Assembly (NCBI GenBank): GCA_041691135.1
Contig: JBEPVF010000005.1
Location: 1-64,000, forward strand
Reading direction: 5' to 3'
DNA from: Candidatus Peribacteria bacterium
GTDB lineage: Bacteria > Patescibacteriota > Gracilibacteria > Peribacterales > Peribacteraceae
Length of the DNA stretch: 64,000 nucleotides
The translations under genes and the position numbers were made by a program. Of this stretch, positions 43,604 through 54,046 are shown piece by piece (the first letter of the stretch is position 1; every line of letters starts with the position of its first letter). The notes under the pieces were generated by a model that was given only the letters and a program-made list of their open reading frames with translations, was not told where the DNA came from and did not search any database.

Positions 43604-45019
43604 ATGCCTGCCCAATCCCTTGATCAGATCGTTTCCCTCGCCAAACGCCGCGGTTTTGTGTTTCCGGGATCGGAAATCTACGGCGGATTGGCCAACAGTT
43701 GGGATTACGGTCCTCTCGGCACAGAGCTCAAGAATGCGATTCGTGACTGGTGGTGGGAGCGCTTCGTTCAGAAACGCCAGGATATGGTGGGCCTCGATGC
43801 GTCGATCATCATGAATCCGAAGGTCTGGGAAGCCAGCGGACATGTGGCGAACTTCAACGACGCGATGGTCGATTGCAAAAAATGCCGCGCGCGTCTCCGG
43901 GCGGACCACCTCATTGAGAGCGTTGATCCAAGCATGAACGTTGAAGGCAAATCGCCACAGGAACTGACACAGATCATTCGCGACAAAGATATCCCCTGCC
44001 CCACCTGCGGTACACGCGGACAATTCACCGACGCGCGTCGCTTCAATCTGCTCTTCCGTACGCAACTGGGTGTGATTGAAAATGCGGAGAAGAATAATGA
44101 TGTGTATCTGCGCGGCGAGATCGCGCAAGCCATGTTCGTCAATTTCAAGAATGTCCTGAACACCACACGCAAGCGTTTGCCGTTCGGTATCGCCTCGGTG
44201 GGCAAAGCATTCCGCAACGAGATCACACCGGGCAACTTCACGTTTCGCACGCTGGAATTCGATCTGATGGAATTCGAGTACTTCATCCGCGAAAATGAAT
44301 GGGAGAAGACCTTCGATTTTTGGCTGGGCGAACAACAAGCCTGGCTCAAAGAAATGGGCTTCGATTCGTCCCGCCTGCGGGTTCGCCAACACACGGAGGA
44401 AGAATTGGCGCACTACTCCAAGCGCACCGTCGACGTGGAGTACCAGACGCCGTTCGGCTGGAAAGAAATGTTCGGTCTGGCCTACCGCACCGATTTTGAT
44501 TTGAAGAACCATATGGAACAATCCGGTGAAGATCTGCAATACACCGATCCGGATGACCCGACCCAGAAATTCATCCCGCACGTGATCGAACCGACATTCG
44601 GTCTGAGCCGTCTCACGCTGATGACACTGCTCGAAGCGTACGAAGAAGAAAAGTTGGCCGAGGACGATACACGCACCGTGCTCCATCTCCATCCACGCAT
44701 CGCACCGATCCAAGTCGCCATCCTCCCGCTGAGCAAGAAGGAACATCTGGTCGACAAGGCACAGGAAATTTACAAACTGCTTAGCGATAAAACGAAGCTC
44801 CGACTCGATTTCGACATTACGGGTTCCATCGGCAAACGCTATCGCCGCCAAGATGAAATCGGCACGCCGAAATGCATCACCGTCGACTTCGGCACCCTGG
44901 GTGAGGATGCTGCGCAGGGCGAGAAAGATACGATGACGATCCGCGATCGCGATTCGCTCAAACAGGAACGTGTATCGATCGACCAGCTTGTCAGTCAACT
45001 CAACTCTCTCCATGCCTGA
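43604..45019 (+). CDS. glyQS: Glycine--tRNA ligase (homodimeric type)
   Basis: KRRGFVFPGSEIYGG, DYGPLG, FRNEITP, IEPTFG, SIGKRYRRQDEIGTP. Confidence 0.97.
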   Translation: MPAQSLDQIVSLAKRRGFVFPGSEIYGGLANSWDYGPLGTELKNAIRDWWWERFVQKRQDMVGLDASIIMNPKVWEASGHVANFNDAMVDCKKCRARLRADHLIESVDPSMNVEGKSPQELTQIIRDKDIPCPTCGTRGQFTDARRFNLLFRTQLGVIENAEKNNDVYLRGEIAQAMFVNFKNVLNTTRKRLPFGIASVGKAFRNEITPGNFTFRTLEFDLMEFEYFIRENEWEKTFDFWLGEQQAWLKEMGFDSSRLRVRQHTEEELAHYSKRTVDVEYQTPFGWKEMFGLAYRTDFDLKNHMEQSGEDLQYTDPDDPTQKFIPHVIEPTFGLSRLTLMTLLEAYEEEKLAEDDTRTVLHLHPRIAPIQVAILPLSKKEHLVDKAQEIYKLLSDKTKLRLDFDITGSIGKRYRRQDEIGTPKCITVDFGTLGEDAAQGEKDTMTIRDRDSLKQERVSIDQLVSQLNSLHA

Positions 45020-45215
45020 AAAAGTTTCAGAGGAGCTGTGGTTTGAAATCCTGGCAGCGCATCCTTTAAGTGATCGCCACCATGCATTGATCGACCGTTT
45101 TCATACGCTGGAGCAGCAGTTTGCCGATGGTGAGGCATCACCTATACAGATTGAACAAGCCCGTATTGATCTATTGCAAGCTCTACAGAGACCTAGTGCC
45201 CACTTGCGTGGTTAG
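45012..45215 (+). CDS. Small hypothetical protein
   Basis: ATG overlapping the glyQS stop (MPEKVSEE...). Confidence 0.5.
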   Translation: MPEKVSEELWFEILAAHPLSDRHHALIDRFHTLEQQFADGEASPIQIEQARIDLLQALQRPSAHLRG

Positions 45216-45487
45216 CAGTTTATCTGTATAAATAGCCTATCACATCCGACCGATCGCTGCGGTCCTGACGCGAAGTGTCACTCTGAGCTTGTCGAAGAGT
45301 GCCTTCCGTATCCTCCGCAACTCGGCGAAAAGACGTTGGATGTCTGCCCTAAGGATTCCCTCATCATCGCTTTGCTTCGATTCCCCTTCTTCAAAAGGCG
45401 AGTCTCGAGTGGCGAAGTGTGAATACGGGAATACCACAGAGCCTCTCGTCATTCCTCTTTCTTACTTCACTCTTCCTTATTCTTCCC

Positions 45488-46195
45488 ATGGCTATTCCGT
45501 CCGAAAAAGTCCTCCTCGACCACGCCGTCCACTTCGGTCACCGCAAAGAAAAGTGGAATCCCAAAATGGCGCCGTACCTGTACGGTACCCGCAAGGGCAT
45601 TCACATTTTTGATCTGGTTCAGACACGCGAACATCTGGAACACATGATTGCGGCATTGAAGAAACTACAGATGGAGGGCAAGACCATCCTGTTCGTCTCC
45701 ACCAAACAACAAAGTATTCCGATGATCGAAGGCTTGGCTGAAGCGTTGAACCAGCCGATGGTGACGAAGAAGTGGATTCCGGGACTGCTGACCAACTGGC
45801 CCACGATGAAGCGTCGGATCCGTTACTACCTGGATTTGCAACGCTCGTTCCAGTCCGGGGAAATTGAGAAGTATACGAAAAAAGAACAGACCGAGCTGCG
45901 CAAAAAACTCACCAAGCTGGATATCGCTCTGGCCGGCGTGGCGAAAATGCCGGGCTTGCCCGATGCAGTCTTCATCCTCGATGCCGTGCGCGATCGCGTG
46001 GCCGTGGCCGAAGCTGCCACCCTCAAGATTCCGCTCTACGGCGTATGCGACAGCAACGCCGACCCGGACCGCTTTACCACCTTCGTTCCGGCAAATGATG
46101 ACGCCGTGAAATCCATCGAACTCATTCTCTCGACGATCGGCGAAGAACTGAATGATGCGAAGAAGAAAACGAATGCGGAGGAAGAAAAAGAGTAG
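45488..46195 (+). CDS. rpsB: 30S ribosomal protein S2
   Basis: VHFGH..KWNPKM, GLLTNW, PANDDA. Confidence 0.98.
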   Translation: MAIPSEKVLLDHAVHFGHRKEKWNPKMAPYLYGTRKGIHIFDLVQTREHLEHMIAALKKLQMEGKTILFVSTKQQSIPMIEGLAEALNQPMVTKKWIPGLLTNWPTMKRRIRYYLDLQRSFQSGEIEKYTKKEQTELRKKLTKLDIALAGVAKMPGLPDAVFILDAVRDRVAVAEAATLKIPLYGVCDSNADPDRFTTFVPANDDAVKSIELILSTIGEELNDAKKKTNAEEEKE

Positions 46196-46292
46196 TCGGC
46201 GATCAGGGTCATTGATCAGTTTGTATTCTGATCGCTGGCTTCTACCCACCGACCACCCATGCTACACTTTTACCTATTAACTCCATCCCATT

Positions 46293-47069
46293 ATGACTAC
46301 TGTTTCTGCTTCTGAGGTTGCCGCTCTGCGCGCCCGCACAGGCGTGTCCATTCTTGCCTGCAAGCAGGCGTTGGAAGAAGCCAATGGCGACCAGGAGAAG
46401 GCCATCGAAATCCTTCGCAAAAAAGGCATTGCCGGCGCCGTCAAAAAAGCTGACCGGGAACAGACCGAAGGCGCCATCTTCATCGCCGAAGACGGTGAGC
46501 GTGCCGCATTGGTGCTCCTGCGCTGTGAGACGGACTTCGTCGCGCGCAGCGACGACTTCATTCACTTCGGTCACAAAGTCGCAGACCATGTCCTGGCTGA
46601 CGGCAAAGAGAAAGCTCAGCCTGTGCTCGATACACTGGTTCCCGAAGCGGTGCAGAAGCTCGGCGAGAATATTTCCATCAGCGAGATCCACGAAGTGGAA
46701 GCAACATCCGTCGGCACGTACGTGCACAGCAATCGCAAAATCGGCGTGATCGTCGGTCTGGATGTGGACGGCAAAGCCGATCTGGCCAAGGATGCATCGA
46801 TGCATGCCGCTGCCATGAATCCGCAATACGTTTCTCCGGATGAAGTTCCGGCTGATGCGATCGCCAAGGAGCGCGAGATCTGGACTGAACAGATGAAGAA
46901 CGATAAAAAGCCGCCGGAAATCCTGGAGAAGATCATGTTCGGCAAAGAGAAGAAGTTCCGCGAAGAGAACGCGCTCATCACGCAGCAGTTCGTCAAAGAT
47001 CCCAGCCTCACAGTAGGGCAGTATCTGAATGGAGCGAAGGTGACGAAGTATGTACGGGTGACGGTGTAG
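46293..47069 (+). CDS. tsf: Elongation factor Ts
   Basis: LRARTG...CKQAL, CETDFVA, LGENI; follows rpsB. Confidence 0.98.
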   Translation: MTTVSASEVAALRARTGVSILACKQALEEANGDQEKAIEILRKKGIAGAVKKADREQTEGAIFIAEDGERAALVLLRCETDFVARSDDFIHFGHKVADHVLADGKEKAQPVLDTLVPEAVQKLGENISISEIHEVEATSVGTYVHSNRKIGVIVGLDVDGKADLAKDASMHAAAMNPQYVSPDEVPADAIAKEREIWTEQMKNDKKPPEILEKIMFGKEKKFREENALITQQFVKDPSLTVGQYLNGAKVTKYVRVTV

Positions 47070-47082
47070 TCTGTGTTTCTCA

Positions 47083-47119
47083 GAAGCCAGTAATCAGTAA
47101 CATGACACTGGCTTTTTTT
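47083..47119 (+). terminator. Putative intrinsic terminator after tsf
   Basis: agccagt/actggct stem followed by a T run. Confidence 0.55.
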
Positions 47120-47132
47120 GGATTCCTAAAAC

Positions 47133-48542
47133 TTACCACTTCTGCCACGGCATTTCGATCTGATCCAGCGGCACATCGTCTAAGTTCTGTTCGATGCTTT
47201 TAGCTCGTTTCAGGCCGAGCAGGCGGAGAATATTATTCCACAGCAGATATGTCAGGATCACCGTGATGATCAGCATCGTCACGCCGATCGTCCGGATGAG
47301 GACGTTGGTGTTTTTCGGAAGTTCCGTGATGGATGACGTCGGCGGGGTCGGCTGCACCGAACTTTGCGCGGCGGGGATCAGTTTATTTTTACACTGAACC
47401 GTACAATTTGCGCCGCCGTCACATTCTTCGTGCGCATCAAGCACTCCGTCTCCGCACCAGGCAAGTTTGCAACTCGTACGGCAGGCGTTCGCCGTTTTAT
47501 CGGAATTGTCAGGACCGTTGTCGCACTCTTCGCCCGGCTCGCGAACGGCATTACCGCACGTCGGCACCGTGCAACTGAGCGAACATTTGCCTTTGCCGTT
47601 CTGCGCGCCATCGTCACATTCCTCGGTGCCCTGACGGATGCCGTCGCCGCAACGCGGCAATTTGCAACTGGTCGTGCAACTGTCGCGTCCATTATCCAGT
47701 CCCAAATCACATTCTTCGTTCGCTTCGCGCAGGCCATTGCCGCATATGCCCTTTTGATCCGCGAGCAGACAGAGCATCGTACAACGACCCGTGCCGTTCG
47801 ATAGTCCCTCGTCGCATTGCTCGCCACTGTCGAGCACTCCGTTGCCACACACGGGTGGGGTGACAATCGTCGCCGATGAAACCGCCGGCGATGCCGACGA
47901 ATTCATTGCTGACGAAACGGCTGACGAGATGGACAATGCGACCGACGAAGAGGAAGACCCCAAGGAGACCGAGGAATCACTTTGACTGCTCTTCGAGGAT
48001 GATAAAGCAATCGTTTGCGCGGCCACTGAACCCGATGCACTGGCCGACGAAACGGTACACGCCGCCTGAAACTTGAGCGTGCATCCACTGATCAGCTTAT
48101 GCTGGACATCGAAGACCGGAGGCTGACAATAATTGCCACAGGTGTTGGCAACAAACCGGCGCTCGGTAGTCAGGTTGCCTGTGGCCGGATCATTGACGTA
48201 CACAACTTCGACACGCGGCTCGCACTCCTCTCCAATCTGCCGTGACACCACACCATCACCACATGTGAGCAACTTGCATTCTTTGGTACAAGATCCCACG
48301 CCATTGAGTCGCCCATCATCGCACTCTTCGCCCTCATTCGTCTGCAACGTATCATCTCCGCAATGCAGCATTGCCGATGACACACTGCTACTCGCATCCA
48401 AACTCGGACAACCTGGGTAACCGTACGGCTTTCCCACACATTCGTCCGCCGCCATTCCGCGCGGCGCCACGCTGCTCAGCAACGTGAGCATAGCCGTGAG
48501 CGCCAGAAACGTGGCTACCGGTAAGGGATGTTTGAGGTTCAT
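47133..48542 (-). CDS. Surface protein with Myxococcus-type cysteine-rich (DUF4215-like) repeats and C-terminal TM
   Basis: About 7 CG(D/N)G....EECDDG...C...C repeats; signal peptide. Confidence 0.9.
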   Translation of the reverse strand: MNLKHPLPVATFLALTAMLTLLSSVAPRGMAADECVGKPYGYPGCPSLDASSSVSSAMLHCGDDTLQTNEGEECDDGRLNGVGSCTKECKLLTCGDGVVSRQIGEECEPRVEVVYVNDPATGNLTTERRFVANTCGNYCQPPVFDVQHKLISGCTLKFQAACTVSSASASGSVAAQTIALSSSKSSQSDSSVSLGSSSSSVALSISSAVSSAMNSSASPAVSSATIVTPPVCGNGVLDSGEQCDEGLSNGTGRCTMLCLLADQKGICGNGLREANEECDLGLDNGRDSCTTSCKLPRCGDGIRQGTEECDDGAQNGKGKCSLSCTVPTCGNAVREPGEECDNGPDNSDKTANACRTSCKLAWCGDGVLDAHEECDGGANCTVQCKNKLIPAAQSSVQPTPPTSSITELPKNTNVLIRTIGVTMLIITVILTYLLWNNILRLLGLKRAKSIEQNLDDVPLDQIEMPWQKW

Positions 48543-48785
48543 GAAATCCTGTAATTATAGCACAAATGATGGGATTTACTGAGGCAGGGGTATTGCTTTT
48601 TTTACATATAATTGTTTTGTATAATATACTGCACAAATTAGGCTCGATTCGCCAAGGGAATCGATAGAAGCGAGGCAATCGATGTAACCAACAATTTCCA
48701 AAGAAGATGAGCGGCACACTTATCATTCCAAAGAAACTGCAGAATATCGTCGGTTTCTTCGGTTCCATCGGTTACATCGCCGTCC

Positions 48786-49952
48786 TCAGAGCTTGAACCA
48801 TGCAAGCCATCTCACTAACCATCGAAATCTCGGCGGCGCTGTCACCAAACGGCTCTTCAAAATATCTCCGCGCAGTACTTCGCGCAGTTTCATCAGTGCC
48901 CGCTGATTCGGACCGGTGAGCAGGACGTTTACCTCACCCATCTGGTCGAGTGATGATGTCATTAAGTTTGCTGATCCGAGAAATGCCCGGGCATGATCGA
49001 CGAGCAAAATTTTGGCGTGAAAAACACCCGGATACAGGAACACCTGCAGATTTTTTTTCGATCCCTTCGCCACCAGTTCGGCCACTGTCTGCATGTTCGC
49101 AAAATGATGCAGGAACTCCGTCCGTTCCGGCGTGATGAGCGTGATACGCACACCCTGATGACTGCGCTGAATAAGAGTCTGAACCACTTCCGGATCGGAG
49201 ATATAACAGTGCTCGATGACGATCGATTCCTGTGCGGTGGTGAGCATTTCCATGATCGTCGGCCGCATTTCTTTATGTGAGTCCGAGTTCACTTTAAGCT
49301 GCACGCGTTCGCCGGTATCGGGAATATCTCCACCCGACAAATACCGCTCTACGAAGCGCGATCCGCGTAGTTCGACCAGATAATCGTGCAACGCATAATG
49401 GTACTCTTTTGCGATGTTCATACCGGTGAGCAACAACAGTTTCCCATCAATGATGTACACCTTGGCGTGATCATTGTTGGTCGTGTAATTGATGCGAATC
49501 TTGGGATGTGTCCAAAAGCGACGCCACAGCGGTTCGTCTTCGTATTTTGTCGCGAAGAAATCGTTATGAAATTCAAATACGTCGCCGATAGCTTCCTTGT
49601 TGATAACCACGCGCACACCGGCATCGGCTCTTTCCAACAGTACCGTCGCGATGCGGCGGCCGATCTCGTCATCGCGCCAGATAAACATCTGGATAAAGAT
49701 CGAGTGCTTTGCTTCGCCCAGAAGTTTGGCGATGCGCGGAAATGCCTCCTGATCCACCCACACTCTCACCTCCAAAAACGGCGTGAGATTGCGGATCATT
49801 CCGGTCTGATGAAGAAGCAAATTGACGCGTGTCTGATACAGAAGCCGCCACATTTGCACGCGCCGCTCCTTGGGCTTGGCAAACAAATAGCGCACTGCTC
49901 CGCGATAGATTGAACCGAGCCCCCGACGAAGTTGCTTCAACTGTTTAAGCAT
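48786..49952 (-). CDS. Phospholipase D / cardiolipin synthase family protein
   Basis: Two HKD motifs (HAKVYIID, HAKILLVD...GSAN). Confidence 0.92.
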   Translation of the reverse strand: MLKQLKQLRRGLGSIYRGAVRYLFAKPKERRVQMWRLLYQTRVNLLLHQTGMIRNLTPFLEVRVWVDQEAFPRIAKLLGEAKHSIFIQMFIWRDDEIGRRIATVLLERADAGVRVVINKEAIGDVFEFHNDFFATKYEDEPLWRRFWTHPKIRINYTTNNDHAKVYIIDGKLLLLTGMNIAKEYHYALHDYLVELRGSRFVERYLSGGDIPDTGERVQLKVNSDSHKEMRPTIMEMLTTAQESIVIEHCYISDPEVVQTLIQRSHQGVRITLITPERTEFLHHFANMQTVAELVAKGSKKNLQVFLYPGVFHAKILLVDHARAFLGSANLMTSSLDQMGEVNVLLTGPNQRALMKLREVLRGDILKSRLVTAPPRFRWLVRWLAWFKL

Positions 49953-50147
49953 GTGTGGAGGGCCGTATTGTGGCTACATTCAGACAAAAAGCCAAGGATC
50001 GGGCGCACACATTTCCGACTCCCGAGATGCCAACTCAAGCAGAATCAGCTTATTATTGGTGTTTTTCCACTCTCTCAGTCACCCGGCTTTCCATCGTTTT
50101 CATCATCAGTTTTCCGTAAAACTGTGGTATAATGGTACGATACCTTT

Positions 50148-52634
50148 GTGATGGGATTCTTCGTCGCCATCGGCCTTCTGCTACTGCTTGTCGGAGCGGC
50201 GTATGCGCTCGCCTGGCTCTCACGACTGCACGCCGATCACCGGCGCGAGCAGGATCTGGTTTTCCTACAATTGCTGGTGCCAAAAAAAGAGAGCAAAGAA
50301 GATAAAGAAACCGAATCGGAGCAATTTTCGTCCGGCAAAGATTTTCGCGAAGTCCTCGGCGTGATGGACCACTTGTTCCAGTCGCTTCACAGTCTGTACG
50401 GCGGTACATGGAAGCGTCATTTCCGCGGTCAGCCGTTCTTCTCGGTGGAATACGCCGCATTGGCCGGCGAAATATTGTTCTATGTCGTGTGTCCGCGCCG
50501 TATCGTGCACCTTGTCGAAAAACAGATCACGTCATTCTATCCCGACACGGTGATCGACGAAGTGGAGGACTACAATATCTTCACCGAAAAATCAGTCATC
50601 GACGCCCAGATCCTGCTGCCGTCGAAACCGTTTACCGCCGTCTTCAAAACGTATCAGCAACTGAAGAGCGATCCGCTCAACTCCATCACCAACGCGTTCT
50701 CCAAGCTGAACGTAGACGAGGGCGCCGCGGTGCAGTTTGTATTGCGACCGGCCCGTCAGGGATGGCAGAGCAAATTACAGGAGGAAGCATCGAAACTTAT
50801 CAATCCCAAAAAGAAAGGAGCCAACTGGCTGAACCCGATCAGCATTCTCTCCAGTTTGTTCGGCGCACTCACATCGGATGATGACATTTCAAAGCTCAAT
50901 AGCAGCGATAGCGGCTCGAACGAACGCGTGTCGCAGATGATCGAGGAGTACAGCAAATCGGTGGACGAGAAGGCTTCGAATCCCGGATTCGAAACGACCA
51001 TTCGTATTGTGACATCAGCCAACAGTTTGGCCCGCGCCCAAACAGTCCTCGAGGGCATTCGCGCCGCCTTCACCCAATTCAACGATGTGCGTGGCAACAG
51101 TCTGGTCGCACCGAAACTGAAGGACCGACAATCATATGTGGAACGATTCATCAGACGATGTCCGCACCACCAGTGGCGCCATCGTATTCAGAAGCATCAC
51201 ATGCTCCTCGGTACAACCGAGCTGTCCAGCTTCTTCCATCTGCCGAACATCAAGTACAACAAAGTGGAAACCATCAAGTGGCAGAACTTCAAGATGGCGC
51301 CCGCACCGAAGAATATTCCCGAAGAAGGTCTGCACCTCGGCATCAATACGTTCCGCGGCGAAAAGAAGAAGATCTTCATGAAACCCGACGACCGTTTCCG
51401 GCACTTCTACATCATCGGACAAACCGGGACCGGCAAATCATCCATCATCCAGCTGATGGCCCGCCAGGACTTCAACAACGGCAAAGGTGTGTGCATCGTC
51501 GACCCGCACGGCTCGCTGATCGAAGACCTGATGCCCTTCATCCCCCGCTCGCGCGCCGACGATGTGATCTATTTCAATCCGGCCGACACCGAGCGCCCGC
51601 TGGGTCTAAATTTGCTGGAAGGAAAAACACCCGAGGAACGTGACCTCATCGCGCTCGATGCGATGAACATGATGGTGAAAATGTTCGGCGAAGAGATCTT
51701 CGGGCCGCGTATTCAGGACTACTTCCGCAACGGTTGTCTGACGTTGATGGAAGATGAAGAAGAAGGCGGCGCCATCACTGACCTTGTGCGTCTGTTCACC
51801 GATGACGAATGGCAGAAGTATAAATTGACCAAAGTGAAAAATCCCATTGTCCGCTCGTTCTGGGAAAAGCAGATGGCCCAAACCGGCCAGCGCGAAAAGC
51901 AGGAAATGATCCCCTACTTCGCCGCCAAATTCGGTCAGTTCACGACCAATACGCTCATCCGCAATATCGTCGGACAAACCAAGAGCGCCTTCGACATCGC
52001 CGACGTGATGAACTCGGGCAAGATTCTGCTGATGAACCTGTCGAAGGGTCTGATCGGCGACATCAATTCGACTCTGCTGGGCATGATTGTGGTAAACAAA
52101 ATCCAGGTGGCGGCCATGCGACGCCAACGCGAAGACGCGACGACTCGCAAAGACTTCTTCCTGTACATCGATGAATTCCAAAACTTCGTGACCCAGTCCA
52201 TTGAATCGATCCTGTCCGAAGCGCGTAAGTACCGCCTGGGCCTCATTCTCGCACACCAATACATCGATCAATTGGAGAAAGACAGCAAGCTCAGCGGCTC
52301 GGTAAGCCTGAAGGGAGCGATCTTCGGCAACGTCGGTACGATGATGTTCTACAAAATCGGCCCGCAGGATGCCGAAGTGTGTGCCAAAGAAATGGCACCG
52401 GTCTTCAGCGAGCAGGACCTGGTCAACATGGACGCCTTCAAGGGTGCCATGAAACTGAGCATCGACGGGCAGCCGTCACGACCGTTCTCGCTCGAAGTCC
52501 CCCGCCCGTGGCTCGACACAACGTATCCGAAAGACCAACAGGCAGCCGAAGCATACAAGCAACTGAGTCGTCTCAAATACGGCCGTGCCAAAGATTTCGT
52601 GGACCGCGAAATCATAAGGCGTATCGGCATGTAA
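50148..52634 (+). CDS. VirD4/TraG/TraD-like membrane ATPase, paralog 2
   Basis: GQTGTGKS, VDPHGSL, YIDEFQNF, LSEARKY. Confidence 0.9.
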   Translation: MMGFFVAIGLLLLLVGAAYALAWLSRLHADHRREQDLVFLQLLVPKKESKEDKETESEQFSSGKDFREVLGVMDHLFQSLHSLYGGTWKRHFRGQPFFSVEYAALAGEILFYVVCPRRIVHLVEKQITSFYPDTVIDEVEDYNIFTEKSVIDAQILLPSKPFTAVFKTYQQLKSDPLNSITNAFSKLNVDEGAAVQFVLRPARQGWQSKLQEEASKLINPKKKGANWLNPISILSSLFGALTSDDDISKLNSSDSGSNERVSQMIEEYSKSVDEKASNPGFETTIRIVTSANSLARAQTVLEGIRAAFTQFNDVRGNSLVAPKLKDRQSYVERFIRRCPHHQWRHRIQKHHMLLGTTELSSFFHLPNIKYNKVETIKWQNFKMAPAPKNIPEEGLHLGINTFRGEKKKIFMKPDDRFRHFYIIGQTGTGKSSIIQLMARQDFNNGKGVCIVDPHGSLIEDLMPFIPRSRADDVIYFNPADTERPLGLNLLEGKTPEERDLIALDAMNMMVKMFGEEIFGPRIQDYFRNGCLTLMEDEEEGGAITDLVRLFTDDEWQKYKLTKVKNPIVRSFWEKQMAQTGQREKQEMIPYFAAKFGQFTTNTLIRNIVGQTKSAFDIADVMNSGKILLMNLSKGLIGDINSTLLGMIVVNKIQVAAMRRQREDATTRKDFFLYIDEFQNFVTQSIESILSEARKYRLGLILAHQYIDQLEKDSKLSGSVSLKGAIFGNVGTMMFYKIGPQDAEVCAKEMAPVFSEQDLVNMDAFKGAMKLSIDGQPSRPFSLEVPRPWLDTTYPKDQQAAEAYKQLSRLKYGRAKDFVDREIIRRIGM

Positions 52635-52689
52635 AATCCTACACTCGTCGGATTCTTCTTTGCCTCAATTCCGTCGGTTCCCTCGTTCA

Positions 52690-53877
52690 CTATTCACTGA
52701 CCGGTGTCGCATGCACCAAGTATCGCTGCTTGATGCTATCAGGTGGCCAACACGTGTACAGAATCAACTCCTCGCCATCACCCTGGAAACGACTCATATC
52801 CGACGCATCCACCGTTTCTTTGAGCGTAACTTCGTACGTGTAGACCGTGCCATGGTAGTTAACATATACACGATCGCCGACGTTCAGTTTATTGATGCCA
52901 CGGAAGACTTTCGTGTATTGAGAGATGTCCCATGGATAACCACTGCTGTGTCCATAGATCATCACTTTCGTGCCGCTACCCGGATACCCGAACAGATTGC
53001 CCACACCGTATTTAAGCGGCGCCAGAATTCCTTCACTCGTGAAAGGATCGTCTGGACGCGCTATTTTGAGATCCAGAATATTGATCGATGGCAAACTGAT
53101 GGCAAAGTAAGTCGATTCGGATGATGATGAGGCTTGCACTACAGGCGTTGCTGTCGTAGTCGCCGGAGCATCGACAGGCATCGTAGTGGGATTTGAAATG
53201 ATTGGCGTCGTACCCGAATCAGCCGGCATCGAACCGCTGGGGCCAGGGAACTCGGTGAGTTTTCGTTTTTGGATGCTAGCCAGACGGTAAGCGATATTGA
53301 AGAACTGGCCGCGCGTGAGAGCGTAACCCATGTACAACGTATCCGATGGGGAGAACAGATTTTTCTGTTTGGCATCATTGATGTAGCCAACGTACCAATG
53401 ATCACCCGAATCCTGTGGCAACTGCGCCGTGGCAAGCATGACGGAACTCTTTTGATTGGCACGTAAGAGCAAAGCAATTGCCTCTTCGGTCCGTACCGGA
53501 TATTCAGGATGGAACGTTCCATCCGGATAACCCGTAATCAACCCGTCGGCAAAAGCAGCTTCGATGTACGGGGCGATCCAGGAACTCTGATCAATATCGC
53601 GAAACAATGGCAGTGGTGGCATGTGCGATGCGTAGTACTGCACACGAGCGCGGGAAACCGGATCGATGTCCATCACCACTTTAAGCGCCTCCGCTCGGTT
53701 GATGGTGTTATTGGGCAATCCAGCACCGTTGACACCCTGAACTACCCCTTCTTGTACGAGATACGCATACGCCTCGTCATAGGGAGTTCCGGCCACATCA
53801 TAAAAAGAAGCAGCGCTCCCTGCCAACGGTAGTAGTAATAATATCAAGAGAGCCACAGATGAAAGCCCTTTTTGCAT
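52690..53877 (-). CDS. SLH-domain + sortase fusion protein
   Basis: NRAEALKV, GYPDGTFHP, TRGQF SLH motifs; sortase GHSS...YTCWP...RY triad. Confidence 0.9.
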   Translation of the reverse strand: MQKGLSSVALLILLLLPLAGSAASFYDVAGTPYDEAYAYLVQEGVVQGVNGAGLPNNTINRAEALKVVMDIDPVSRARVQYYASHMPPLPLFRDIDQSSWIAPYIEAAFADGLITGYPDGTFHPEYPVRTEEAIALLLRANQKSSVMLATAQLPQDSGDHWYVGYINDAKQKNLFSPSDTLYMGYALTRGQFFNIAYRLASIQKRKLTEFPGPSGSMPADSGTTPIISNPTTMPVDAPATTTATPVVQASSSSESTYFAISLPSINILDLKIARPDDPFTSEGILAPLKYGVGNLFGYPGSGTKVMIYGHSSGYPWDISQYTKVFRGINKLNVGDRVYVNYHGTVYTYEVTLKETVDASDMSRFQGDGEELILYTCWPPDSIKQRYLVHATPVSE

Positions 53878-54046
53878 AGGTTTATATAGTAATATAATTA
53901 CAAAATAAGTCAATACTCACCCTACAACTCCCACCTAGGCATTGTAGACGTTAAAGGTGCCATTTCTTACAAAAGAGCACTTCTCAGCTTGTGTCCTTTG
54001 CCGCATACTCTCAGCCCAAACCGTAGGTCAGTTTCCTTATTTTCTC

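Noticed and set aside
43586-45013. Long antisense ORFs (43586-45013, 37333-38508, 29104-30291, 6321-7286 and others)
   Set aside because: Shadow frames opposite well-conserved genes, expected from codon bias.
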